The translations under genes and the position numbers were made by a program. From the NCBI GenBank assembly GCA_964016885.1, contig OZ024741.1, positions 187,364,001 through 187,428,000 on the forward strand: a stretch of 64,000 bases of DNA, read 5' to 3'. Source of the stretch: Eledone cirrhosa. Lineage: Eukaryota. Of the stretch, positions 11,438 to 27,499 are shown piece by piece (the first letter of the stretch is position 1; the number at the start of each line of letters is the position of its first letter). The notes under the pieces are model-generated. The model was not told the origin of the DNA. It was given only the letters and a program-made list of their open reading frames with translations, and made no database searches.

Positions 11438-12774
11438 GGTTTGTTTACACTTTTTATTTTAACCGGCGAAATTTTTTTCAAAACGAAAATTTCACCCCAG
11501 GGAGGGGTGAAGATGACTTGACCCACCGTCTGAAAGTCCAGACGTGGGGTCAAGCTACAAAATAGTAGATAGATAGATAGATAGATATAGATGTAGGTAT
11601 ATACACACACACATACATTTGTAGAAACATAATTTTATATGGATATGTTACTAGTTAAATTAGAAGTAAGACTATTATCCAACTGGTTTAAGCTTGACCA
11701 TCGTGTTTATATGGGTTAAATATTATATATTAGTATATGTTAGAGGCGCCATCATCATCACCGTTCAAAGTCCCTTTTCTACACTAACATGGGTTAGACG
11801 AGTTGTCCCGTTGTGAGATAAGCCAGATCAGGTGACCGGGTCTTGCTCATACTGAAATTATTTTGTCTTGTTGGCTGCGGTAGGATGACCTTCCTAATTC
11901 CAACCAAATTTACAGTGTAGACTGGGCACTTTTTGCGAGACCTATATATTTATACATACATACATACATACATACATACATACATACATACATACATACA
12001 TACATACATACATACATACATACATACATACATGATGTCTGTCCCCTCGTGATCGAGTATGGCCATTGCACGATATCTTAACTATAATAAAGTGACGAGT
12101 GCGGGACTGCATCCAGAATATATTTTTTTATCCCGTTTGTAAAATAAGTTGGATTACTTTGAATCAATAATGAATGAATATTACATAATTTATCCACTAA
12201 ATTTCGTTGCTGTTCATTAAATATATTTTATTATTTATTTTAAGATTCACTTCTTTAAAATTTTCAAATGTCAAATATATGAATGTTCATTTAGCGATCG
12301 CTTAAATGAACATTCATATATTTCCGTCACTAATTTTTTTCCTAATGCAGTTTATATATAATATCGTCTTTTTTTAATGTATCGCGGATTACGTTACTGA
12401 TTAGATGAGACACTGTAACGCAATCTTCATTCAATTTCTGTGTATATTGTCAATTACGATTTTATTTGATGTATCATATCTACATGCATATATACTTGCG
12501 TATAATATCAATATGCACACTACACATGCTAGCAGAAAACCACCCGAAGGGTTGTTTTTCTGCTAGTAACATTAATAATTATTAATTAATGCCATCGTGC
12601 AATGACTGTGTGAGAAGATTTTTTTTTAAAGTTAAGACAGACTGTACACTGAGCTAATCCCACTCTCTGAGCGACAGTAGCTATAATCCGAAAAGAAGAA
12701 AAGATCAACATCATCAGTATCTACTGAGCTGCAGGTTTTATATCGGAGTTATCCCAGTTTCCTGAGTTGTATGC

Positions 12775-12815
<41 letters not shown>

Positions 12816-12819
<4 letters not shown>

Positions 12820-13310
12820 ACGATAAATTAACGGAGCCATAGGCCCTCGCTATTCCCTGTAAATAATGTGCTCAAAGGAGAAGAAATCCTGAGCTCTTTA
12901 AAATACAATATGTTGGAAAGGTAACACACCAGAGAGAGATATACAGTGCGCTATCAATAAAACAGGGGAAAAAACCACCAGGGCATGGAATCTATAACCT
13001 ATGAAAGGCAGCCTATAGACACGATAATTAAAAATATAAATTAAAGCGTAAATAACCTTTATAACTATATAACACACGTACAAATCCAAAGATACCAATC
13101 CTAAAATATGTTTCACCAGTAATTTGTTGAAAGAAATGGATTAGCATCGATTCATCAGCGTGTGTAAGGCTATACATTTCAGACAACACTAAGAGAATTT
13201 CAAAAGTGACTGTCCAGCTACACGTGGGAGAGAGAAGTCACAGCGCGTTTAAGGGCAGTGTTCCCTGTTTTGTTGATAGCGCACTCTCTGGTGTGTTACC
13301 TTTCCTACAT

Positions 13311-13313
<3 letters not shown>
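12816..13313 (-). mobile_element. Non-coding, probably PLE-derived insert between (TA)n tracts, with internal inverted repeat and hammerhead
   Basis: 12903-12970 is an imperfect reverse complement of 13260-13316. HHR at 13072-13165. Confidence 0.55.
13072..13165 (-). ncRNA. Type-I hammerhead ribozyme (long stem III)
   Basis: Minus strand: ACACACG-CUGAUGA-[stem II AUCG...UGGU]-GAAA-CAUAUUUUAGGAUUGGUAUCUUUGGAUUUG-UA-CGUGUGU. Stem I is 7 bp perfect; cleavage triplet GUA. Confidence 0.75.
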
Positions 13314-13400
<87 letters not shown>

Positions 13401-13409
<9 letters not shown>

Positions 13410-13794
13410 AATATAGACATAGAATATTCGAAAATATTCTGTATGTTTATAATAAACATTTTGAAGACCTAATCGCTATATAATAGAATACGTCACGTAT
13501 TACAATTAGATTCTCGATAAAAGCAAGGGAAGTAATCTACGCGTTTCATTCTCGTTAGAAATCATCAGGACTACATATCCAGTGCTTTTATCGAGAATGA
13601 CACAGCTAGAGACTTATAGAATACTTAGCTGTGTACAGGAACTGGTTTGAAAGAGCGGTTGCCGGTCCGGCAGAAATTAGAAATTGGGATAAATGCTCTG
13701 AAATAGCGATATATATGTGAATATAGACATAGAATATTCGAAAATATTCTGTATGTTTATAATAAACATTTTGAAGACCTAATCGCTATATAAT

Positions 13795-13799
<5 letters not shown>
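13401..13799 (-). repeat. Inverted ~1.3 copies of the 310-bp HHR unit
   Basis: Reverse complement of the array unit; HHR at 13532-13574 on the minus strand. Orientation switches at AGAAT (13795-13799). Confidence 0.93.
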
Positions 13800-16931
<3,132 letters not shown>

Positions 16932-17090
16932 TGTAAGTATGTTTTGAAACAGTGAGCGATTTTGAAATTAAAAAGATGAGTATTGACGTACATGTACGTC
17001 AATACTCATCTTTTCCCATTTCTCTGAGAGTTCTAAACCCCACTATCAGGCTAAAAAGATGTCTTTAGTCAAAAATACGGTGAAAGCTTA

Positions 17091-17190
<100 letters not shown>

Positions 17191-17295
17191 TGTAGGTATA
17201 ATCATGTATGCATGTGTATGTATATGTGTGGGGACATAGAAATAATCGGGCTGGATACCCGAAGGCGCGGTTAAACATACATACATACATACATA

Positions 17296-17882
17296 CATGG
17301 TGGCTGCCAACTCGTTTTCGAGTACGGCCACTACTTTATATCCATGTAGGAGAACCCCTAACGATGCGCTGAACGAGTGTGACATTTTAGTCCAGCCAGC
17401 GACTTGAAAACTCTGGTACAAACACTACACTTGTGACAATTATTGACACATAGTGCTGGGCCCATGGTATCATGTGACGACAAGTGCAGAGAGATCTCCG
17501 TGAAGCTTTTATAGTGAGCAAAGGCACTGTACAAAGCCAGTCCCACTCTCTTAACCAAGATGATATTCACCAAAAAGAAGAACAAGTCAACATCATTGGA
17601 TACCATCAGTGTTGCAGGTGTTATATCAGAGTTTTCCTACTCCTAGAATTCTGCCTTGACATAAGGCTAAGGGGTCATCTCTCCCGGTAATTTTGGATGG
17701 CCATTGACTCTTAAGAGCTCCTTTGCCCTTTGACAGGTTTTGTTTTTAGTCCTGCAGGATGTCCAAAGTCACCCTCCCCACCAAGAAACCTTGGTGGGGT
17801 TGCCAGTTCAGTCGCCAACGACCCGACCATGAGACAGGTTGTACTGGTATACATGTTACCAGTAGCACCAACTGGTGACCTG
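17296..17882 (-). mobile_element. Short RTE-like non-autonomous derivative flanked by (CATA)n
   Basis: Minus ORF 17358..17606 ends CSVCTRVFKSLAGLKCHTRSAH, a C2H2 finger typical of RTE C-termini, followed by a short UTR and a (TATG)n tail. No RT motifs in the remaining ~400 bp. Confidence 0.55.
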
Positions 17883-17954
17883 ACATACATACATACATAC
17901 ATACATACATACATACATACATACATACATACATACATACATACATACATACAT

Positions 17955-19690
17955 AAGATACATTACCAGAAGGGCATCTTTCAGGGTGATAGCTTGTCAG
18001 TGCTACTCTTCGTTCTCTCACTGAATCCACTATCTTACCTACTCAGGAAACAGGGTGGACAAAGCAGTGGGCCCAGAAGTATCTCCCATCTTTTCTTTGT
18101 TGATGACCTGAAGTTGCATGAGCCAAATATCAATGACATCAAGAAACAATTGGACCTCATTACACAATTTTCAACCGACATCAAAATGAAATTTGGTGAG
18201 TCCAAGTGTGCATATTTGGCAATAAAACGTGGAAGAGCTGTGCCCTCCTCTAGAAATCTAGAGATGAACGGCCTGACAATACAACCTCTTCAGTCAGGTG
18301 ACAACTACAGATATCTTGGACAGGATGAGAATGTCAGATATGATGGACCCATAAATAAGGAGAGAACCAGAACTGAATACCTCAGAAGAGTAAAGAAAAT
18401 ATGGTCATCAGAACTGTCAGCATACAACAAATACATTGTCCACAATACTTATGCTGTGCCAATTCTAACGCCAACATTTGGCCTACTGAACTGGTCATTG
18501 CAAGAACTAAGTGAGATGGATGTTAGAACTTGAAAACTTCTCAGTGTTACTAGGAACTTTAACATCAATGGTAATGTGGATAGGCTATACTTCTCACGCA
18601 AGGAAGGTGGCCGGGGTCTAAAATCAATATTAACAACATATGAGACCCGGATATTAACACTGAAGCAACACCTTCAACAGAGGAAAAAGGTTGGCAACCA
18701 TCTTGCCCAGGTTTATGAGCATGAAAAAAAATATCATTAGAATAGCGACTGATCTGGAGGAGAGATATAAATCTCTCACCCAGAGAAATCGAAAGATCCT
18801 ATTCAATGTTCAAACAAGATAAAAAAATTGACCAATTTACAGAAAAAGTTGTGCATGGATACTTGAGACGTAAAACACAGACCATAGAGGGGATAAACCA
18901 CTCAAAAAGCCTGGCATGGAGTTCCGACAAGTTTATGACATCACACCTTGAGGGATATCTCTATGCAATACAGGAACAAGAACTCCCTACCAAATATCTG
19001 CTGCACAAAAGAGGAGGGCCAGCAGCTGACAATAAATGTAGGCTATGTAAAACAAAGATCGAGGATGTAAGCCACATTGTTGCCAGCTGCGAAAGAATGT
19101 CATCTCGCTACTACCTCCCCATGAGACACGATGGGATAGCTAGAACCATCTGGAACGCACTTCGGAAAACAAAATTAACAACAAACGAGGAAGAATATAT
19201 TGAGACAGATGGCACTAAGGAATACTGGTGGAACCTGAAAATAAAAACTGCCACCAAATTAAAGCACAACCGGCCTGATATTGTTGTTTGGGACCACACA
19301 TTGAAAACGTGTTCTGTTGTGGAGATCAGCTGCCCACTTGATGTAAACGTTGTCAGAAAAATACAGGAGAAGGAGGACATCTACGGACCATTGATGAGGA
19401 GTTTACAAATCCAGTATCCAAGATACACCTTTAGCTTCATACCCATCATTATTGGAGCTACGGGTTATATACCAACCCGCTTGGACCAAAGTATGACTGA
19501 ACTTGGATTTGCGGACAAAAAGCGCAGCTCCCTAATTCATAGTCTACAAATGGCTGCGATAGCTGGCACCTTCAAAATTTGCAAAACATTCTTGCGATTC
19601 AAGGGATGACAATTTCTTTTCTCTTACAAGCTTGCCACCAGGAAGGTGGCCGGTCAAAAAAAAAATACTCGAAATTAAGAGAAAGAGATA
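17955..19690 (+). mobile_element. 5'-truncated R4/Dong-like LINE (RT and restriction-like endonuclease)
   Basis: GIFQGDSLS, LFFVDDLKL, YRYLG, CRLC..EDVSHIVASC, RHD, NRPDIVVWD..VEISCP. Stop at 18531 and a frameshift near 18730. Begins right after (CATA)n. Confidence 0.85.
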
Positions 19691-19990
19691 TACATACATA
19701 TACATATGTGTGTGTGGTGTGCGTGTGTATGTGTGGCTGCATGTGTATGAGAAAGTGGAAAAAAAAAGTTAGCGAGAAAAAAAGAGAGAGGCTGTGTGAG
19801 TCTGTGTGTATGTGTGTGTGGTGGTGGTGGTTGTGGTGTTGGTGTGTATGTGTGTTTCGGAGTTGTGTTTGTTTGGCAAATAAAAAGATTTTAAACTGTG
19901 TTATGAAACTGAAACTCTTTTACCGTAGAATAGTTATTTCAGTCATTTAACAACACACGAAACATACTTATATTCATTTATAATAGTATA

Positions 19991-20175
19991 CTAGACGACC
20001 CGTCACCCGTTGCGTCACGTTCACTTCAAAATATTTTTTTAAAAAATCATGTTCACTTAAAAATAATTTTTAAATAATTAAAATATACACAGACATGTAT
20101 ATAATGTGAAATGAAACTGGAAGACTCATATATATACGTGTGTGTATGTATATATATAAATGTGTGTGTGTATTC

Positions 20176-20211
<36 letters not shown>

Positions 20212-20391
20212 TCATTTCATTTGAGTTTAAGTCCATGCTCAGGCCAAGTCGAAGACTCCACCCTCAGTCGAAGACTCCACCCTGTGTGTATATATATATA
20301 TATAAATGTGGGTGTCTGTGATTTATATACACAGATCATAGACACACACACACACGCACTCACATATATATATATACACAACAACACTACC

Positions 20392-20480
<89 letters not shown>

Positions 20481-20803
20481 TCTCTCTCTCTCTCTCTCTC
20501 TCTCTTTCATTCTCCTTCTCTGTCTCCTCTCCCTCTCTCTATGTCTCTCTTTCAATCTACTCTCTGACAACCACTATCTCTTTCTCTCTATCCTTCTCTC
20601 TCCCTATTTATGAAGGTATTCCGGAAAACCACCATATCACGGGAACACGTGCTCCAATTTACTCGAAACTTGTTTAATTCCATTTGTATTCCCATTTCAG
20701 GGGCAACTTCCTTTCAAAGTATGTTCCCATTATGCATCCTTTTGGCTGTATTACATTACAGACAAGCAAGCAAGCAATCACAGAGTTTTAGTAGTATATA
20801 GAG
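19991..20803 (-). mobile_element. Possible non-autonomous Helitron-like element with internal microsatellites
   Basis: Minus strand starts TCTATATACTACTAAAACTC and ends with an imperfect GC-rich hairpin plus CTAG followed by T. No TSD seen. Confidence 0.4.
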
Positions 20804-20805
20804 AA

Positions 20806-20962
20806 TATTGTTTTCTAATTAAGGTACAAAGCCAGTAATTTTGGGGGAAGGGCAATTCAATAAAGGTTGATTCAATAAACCCCAGTACTTAACTAGTATT
20901 TTTAACTACCCGCAAGGATTAAAAGCAAAGTTGAACTATATGAAATTTGAACTCAGAACGTA
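20806..20962 (-). mobile_element. Diverged family A SINE, 5' part interrupted
   Basis: GCAAAGTTGAAC...TTTGAACTCAGAACGTAA matches the reverse complement of family A. Confidence 0.6.
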
Positions 20963-20964
20963 AT

Positions 20965-21300
20965 AATGGCTTAGTAGTTAGAGAGTCGGGCTTACAATCG
21001 TGAGGTTGTGAGTTCGATTCTCGAACCGGGTTTTGCATTGTGTTCTTGAGCAAGACACTTTATTTCACGTTGCTCCATTTACTCAGTTACAGAAATGGGT
21101 TGCGACGTCACTGGTGCCAAGCTGTATCGGCCTTTGCCTTTCCTTTGGACAACATCGGTGGCGTGGAGAGGGGAGACTGCATGGGCGACTGCTCGTCTTC
21201 CACAAACAACAATGCCCGGACTTGTGCCTCGGAGGGGAACTTTCTAGGTGCAAATCCCATGGTTATTCGTTCCCGAAGGGGGGGGGGGTCTTTACCCATA
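20965..21300 (+). mobile_element. tRNA-derived SINE, family B
   Basis: A box TGGCTTAGTAGTT and B box GAGTTCGATTC, followed by the body TGTGTTCTTGAGCAAGACACTTT. Confidence 0.75.
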
Positions 21301-22000
21301 ATTGTATATATACTATTATATAAGAATTTTGAAATATATACAGAAAAACGTCCGCATTTGTACTGATGTGATTTTGAACAACCTTCAATTAAACAACCTA
21401 GTCTTAAATTATAGCGAAAGTCGGTAAGTATTTCACAGATACGTGTACTCTTAAAGTAATTTTTAACTGAATGTGCGTGACACGATATGACGAGGTCAGA
21501 TCTTTTTATCCGACGTTCTGTCCACCGCACTTACAATTCATGGGTCGACACAAAGCTACGGTGAAAGCGATTTGCTCAGGATGCCACGTGGAGCTACATG
21601 ATTGCAATGCCAACAATATACTATGTCCGTGTTGATATACATTGGTGTATATACATGAATACATGCATACATACATACATACGCACAATTACAAACATAC
21701 ATACAGTACTTCACATATGTACATTGCATTGATGTATATATACGTGCATACATACATACGCACAATTACAAACATACATACAGTACTTCACATATGTACA
21801 TTGCATTGATGTATATATGCGTGCATACATACATACGCACAATTACAAACATACATACATTACTTCACATATATACATACATAAGCACATACAAAAGACG
21901 TAGGTGCATACACACACATACACATAGAAGTATATATATATATATTTGTATACACATATATAAAAAAATACATACATATATACACACACACATACATACA

Positions 22001-22034
<34 letters not shown>

Positions 22035-22351
22035 CACACACACATACATACATACATACATACATTCACATATACATACATACGTACATACATATATATA
22101 CATATATACATACATACATACATACATACATACATGCATCCATACTTCTATTTATCGCCATATTTGGAACACCACAAATCCTTCTTCTGATTTAAAGGTT
22201 GAATGGCCGCAGAAAGTATTGGTGAACTTGGCTGCTTTCTTTTATGTATTTACTTTTTCCTGTACAACTTTCCGGGGGGTCACTTAGAGCGGACAGTAAA
22301 ATTCCAGCCAGGAAGTTGCATACACGCCAACATATAATATACACACATATA

Positions 22352-22439
<88 letters not shown>

Positions 22440-23659
22440 CATTCATACACACATACATACATGTATGTATATATGTGTATATATATATATGTGTGTGTGT
22501 GTGTGTGCGTGAGTATGTATATATGTGTGTGTGTGTATGTATATAATAAGTATATATATGCGAATAGGAACGCATACATACAAACATACATACATACATA
22601 CATACATGCATACACGCATGCATACATACATACTTACATGCATACATACACGCGTTTACTGTCAGTCTTTTCAAAAACCTTTCATAGGTGAAACACAAAT
22701 TGTGACTAAAACGTCTTTAAATATAAAACCACATTTAATTGCTCTCTCAAACGAGAAGGAGAAAATGTCATAGCAAGTGGACTTCCGGTTGAATTAAAAT
22801 GGACGTGATATATACCCAAATGGTGTTTTCTGTTAAATTTGGACACTTACATGAAACCAAACTGCGAGATATTTTAGGCGTCTATTCATAGAATGACCGT
22901 AGAGTGTGTCTTTACAAGCTTTACACTTAACCCAATCTGATCATGCGATCAGAAAGGGGAAAATGCTATTATCTTTCGTCAACTTAGCAATATTGTAAAA
23001 TATCGTATATGGTGAAACAAATGTATATCACGGTCACCGTTCCACCAGATACCAAGTGCATTAGTTTAGTGTTGTCTCTAGATATGTGTATACATTGTAT
23101 CTGTGTGTCTTTGTATTAACGTCTCTATGTAGGTGTTTACCTATGTGCATGCAGGTTGATGTGTTTACAATCGTGAAGATAGGTCCAGGCGTATGCAGGC
23201 GTATTTTTATTTATGTTATATATATATATATATATGTGTGAGGGGGGGGGGGGGGGTACGTACATATACGTACAGATATATGTTCGTGGATGTGCCTGTC
23301 TGTGTATGTGAATTTATTGATGAGAGTGGGTTAATAGATCAACATATTTTCAACTTAATTTAAATCATTTATGTTTGTCTGTGCATATATTATATGTGTA
23401 TGTGTGTGTTGTATATTAAAAGCAATCAAACTAACCTCTGCTATTATCCCACGGCAGAAACTACCCCTGTTGCTCTCATTAACCAACAAATCCAATATAA
23501 ATCTCCTGAAACAGTTGAAACAAGCCCCTACTCTAACTTCAACAATTTTGTTTAATGCACAAGATATCAACCCTTCCATCAATACAGAAATATATAAGAT
23601 TCAATTCATTGAGGATTGGGTTTCTGACCATCCACACCACAGGACCACCACTACTATCT

Positions 23660-24420
23660 TAATATTAAGATAGTAGAAAGACCAGGTACCTCCATAAAAA
23701 CATTTATTAGCAATACATACCCTTTTCAAAGACCTCCCTGTATAGATAACAAATGTATAATCTGTAAATTAAGCCCCCATATTAACTGTAAAACTAGAAA
23801 TGTAGTATATAGCATAAGATGTACTGAAGGACAATCTAGAGATAAGAATATAGTGTACATAGGTGAGACAGCTCGTAGTATAGGGGAACGGATAAACGAA
23901 CACTGGCGAGACCTTCAAGATAGTAAAGAATCATCTGTACTCCACCAACATGCTAAAATAGAACATAAGGGTAAATTAGAGAACATAGAAATAAAAATAG
24001 AATCTACACACAGAAAAGACGTAATGTTTAGACAAATCACAGAGGCAATAAACATAAATGGGACTCCAACCGAAATTAAATAGAAAACAGGAATGGAACA
24101 GCAACATCACAACTTACAATTAAGGACAAAATGAAAACACACACGCACATAAAACAAACAACATACCAGTAACATGTAAATAAACAAATAAATAAACGAA
24201 TATAAACACACACAGACACCCGGATGTAACACATGCGCTAACTAAGCACACAACTCACACACAAAAACAAGATGGCGTAGGACAGAATAAAGGAGAGGCA
24301 CAAAAACAAAGAAAAGAATCCCCAGTCACTGAAGAGGTCACAGAATGTGTGACGAAAGAACTTTGACAATATATAAACAATCATCTGGTTGTGGAACCAA
24401 CCAACCAACCGGAAATTTAT
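23660..24420 (+). mobile_element. PLE 3' fragment (GIY-YIG endonuclease and 3' UTR with HHR)
   Basis: NCKTRNVVYSIRC..YIGETARSIGERINEH..SSVLHQH..RQITEAI. HHR ~240 bp downstream of the stop. Confidence 0.8.
24325..24367 (+). ncRNA. Minimal type-I hammerhead ribozyme
   Basis: GUCA-CUGAAGA-G-GUCACA-GAAUG-UGUGAC-GAAA-GAAC-UU-UGAC. Stem I 4 bp, stem II 6 bp, vestigial stem III. Confidence 0.7.
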
Positions 24421-24429
24421 AAATTCCTA

Positions 24430-25193
24430 AATTTATAAATTTATTATAATAAATTGAAGTGAAAGCAACTGGTGCGTGTGTTTCCTATTGGCAACATGAC
24501 CCTCCCAAAGTATAACAATATATATATGGCAAAGAACGGAAAAAAACGAAGATCCACACCATTAGCTAAGATCTTTCTCTCCCTTATTATGAAGCATTTC
24601 CCCCAGCACATAAATATAATAACATTTTTAATAGAAATACCATTAAAGTTTCTTACTCTACGACTCCTAACCTTGCACATAACATAACTGCGTCAAATTT
24701 AGCTAAATTACCTAGTCGTAGGAACACGTGCAACCCTGTAGCTAGTACTAACTGTAATTGTAGGAATCGGGTTGACTGCTCCCTACCCGGGAAATGCCTC
24801 TCTAGTAACATTGTCTACAAATATAAGGTTGAGACACCTACGTACCGTAGGGCCTACATATGGTTAACCGCCAATAGATTCAAGCAGTGTCTTTACATGC
24901 ATACCCATTCTTTTCTTAACCCTTTAAGAAGGAATATGACGTCACTTTCAGCTTATATCTGGAGTCTAAAAGACAACCGCACCCAATATAGGTTACACTG
25001 GGAGATCCTAGCTAAGGCTAGATTGTATAACGGAAATAAAAGACCATGTGACCTCCGCGCCGCTGAAGCCCTGGAAATGCTCTACGCCAATGACCACACC
25101 TTAAACAAAAAATCTGAGGCAATTTCGGCTTGTAAACATAAATTGCACAACACTTTCCTGTATTACAGCCCCACTTTATACCCTAACGGATAG
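24430..25193 (+). mobile_element. Degraded PLE 3' fragment (GIY-YIG), different family
   Basis: NCNCRNRVDCSLPGKCLSSNIVYKYKV...TSLSAYIWSLKD...KKSEAISACKH, homologous to the PLE at 53060-53500. Confidence 0.75.
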
Positions 25194-26774
25194 TACGAAC
25201 TATACGCGGATAATTTACGTCTTGATGTGGTAGCTATGTATATTTTATGTTTATACCATTACTTATTTGTATAGGTACGTATATATTACCTGTATGCTTT
25301 GTGAAGGTACGTATACTTTCTCGTACGTATATTTGCTTGTATTTGTTATAGGCGTATATATTATATATACTGGTACATGTGTATATAGTTATATGTATAC
25401 GTGAGTTTTGCGTTTGCGTGTGTAGGCGGGTTTGCACGTATGTAGGGTGTGTGTATATGTGTACCTTGTGTTTTGGTTGACGTACGTTTAGTGAACATAT
25501 GTGTATTTACATGTAAGTGTATGTGCGCGCGTTATATACGTATTTATGTGTGTATATTTATATTTATATACGCTTATATAATTATATGTATACGCGCCCC
25601 CACACACACACATGTATATATATTTTTTTTATATATATTTTATGTGTATTTGGTGTATACGTTTGTATGTGTGCGGGTATAGGCGCTGCGTGGGTTTTTG
25701 TATGTGTGCGCGTGGTTTTGTGTACGTGCCTGTATTTGCATACCCATGGCGGGTGTTTTCGCGTATGCATGTGTATGTACGTATATGGATGCGTGCATGT
25801 ATATATTTAATTATTGTTGATTTCAATAACCTCTGTAATTTATTTACATTATTCTTAACTCTGAAGCCGAGAATCATTCAGTTTCCTAAATAGAATTTTA
25901 GTCTACGACTTCAGTTATACCTTATACGTGGTTTTGTTTTTGCGTGTAATTGTTCTCATTGATTCACATAATGACGTATTAACTTCGTTTTTTTTTTTCG
26001 TTCATTGCCAGGGAACATCTCCACAAACCACCTAATAGAATACTAGTCTACGACTTCATTTATACCATAAACGTGGTTTTGTCATTGCGTCTAATTGTTT
26101 TCACCGCTACAAATGTTTCTACTTATGGCACAAGGCCAGCAATTACCCAGTACATTACTGGTACATTATTTTATCAACTCCGTGTATTATCTTTGTTTTT
26201 TTTTCGTTCTTTGCCAGGGAACGTTTCCACCAACTAAAGTATCGTCTTCCTGTCTTCCTTCGGTTGCAACGTTCTTCGAAATATGTACTTCTGCGTTCAC
26301 AGATTGATTTTTTTAGTTTCAGAAGATCCCATTAAGGGTGAAAGCAGCGATTCTTTGCTTAAACTTTAATCTGTTATTTTAATATATATATTGGAAAATG
26401 TGTGAGATCCTTGGTATATTTGAAAAAAACCTTAGGTATATTTGAAAAAAACAAAAATGAATGACTTGACTTGTAGTTCTAAATAATTTGATTTAATTTT
26501 GTAATATTATAATATTATGAGTTGGTAGATCTAGTAAGTTCTTTGTTAACTTCGGTGGGAAGAATTTTAAAGATTCCTTGTTGACTGTCTTGGAGAACTT
26601 TCTCGCATTCGTCTATGGCGATTGTCAAACTGAGATCAGGTTATGTTATGATATGTATATATAAGAGAGATTTGGATGTGTCTGGTGAGTGGGGTGCGGT
26701 GTTAATGAGTGTGGGAGTGAAGGAGTGTTGATGAAGATTTAAAGGAATTAAAGCATACACACACACACACACAT

Positions 26775-26858
<84 letters not shown>

Positions 26859-27499
26859 ATATATACACACAGAAAATTGTGAAGGTTGACAGCAAGATAA
26901 GAGTGTTTAAGAAAGGCGCTGTAAAAATCCCCTCCTGCTGGTTCCATTTCAATAGATGACTTTTGATGAATATAATGGCAGGATGTTTTTCAAATTCGTT
27001 TCTTATAGCTGAATCAACTCTCTTAAATTTATAAAGAATACCTTCAAAAATTTTCTATATTAAAGATGAATTTACGTGCGTGTCTGGTGGTGGTGGGGTT
27101 AATGAGGTGTAAGATACATGTCTTTTGATAAGAATGGGATGACAGTAAAGAGAAGAGTAAGGATAGTTCTGGAATATTTGTCAGAAATGTATGTTGTTGA
27201 TATTACACACACACACATGCACACATATCTCTACACCTACATACATACAAACACATCTACACAGACATATATACACACACATCTACTCAAGTATTTAAGT
27301 TCACATATACATTGGTGTGGGGTAGGGAGAATTAATGAAATGTTAGTGTACCTCTGAGGGTTTTTCTTCTATTCAACAATCGAATGTTTGAAAGTACGGG
27401 AGTTATCAACTTCTATTTGGATATTTTTCTTTTTCAATATGAGAATTTTTTTTTTATAAATAGAGAGGGGGAGAATACCGTTATTTGAAGATGGAATAT

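Larger units (their letters stand above)
5906..11566 (-). mobile_element. Near full-length, defective Tx1/L1-clade LINE (copy B)
   Basis: 5' UTR, ORF1 with CCHC knuckle, then ORF2 (APE endonuclease, RT, zinc finger) broken by frameshifts. Same AATAAAGAA 3' end as copy A. (GATA)n on both sides. Confidence 0.92.

Noticed and set aside
12650-12735. Minus-strand CTGATGA as a hammerhead
   Set aside because: No properly placed GAAA or stem III found downstream.
20965-21035. Bona fide tRNA gene
   Set aside because: A and B boxes are present but I cannot form a clean cloverleaf, and it runs straight into a SINE body.
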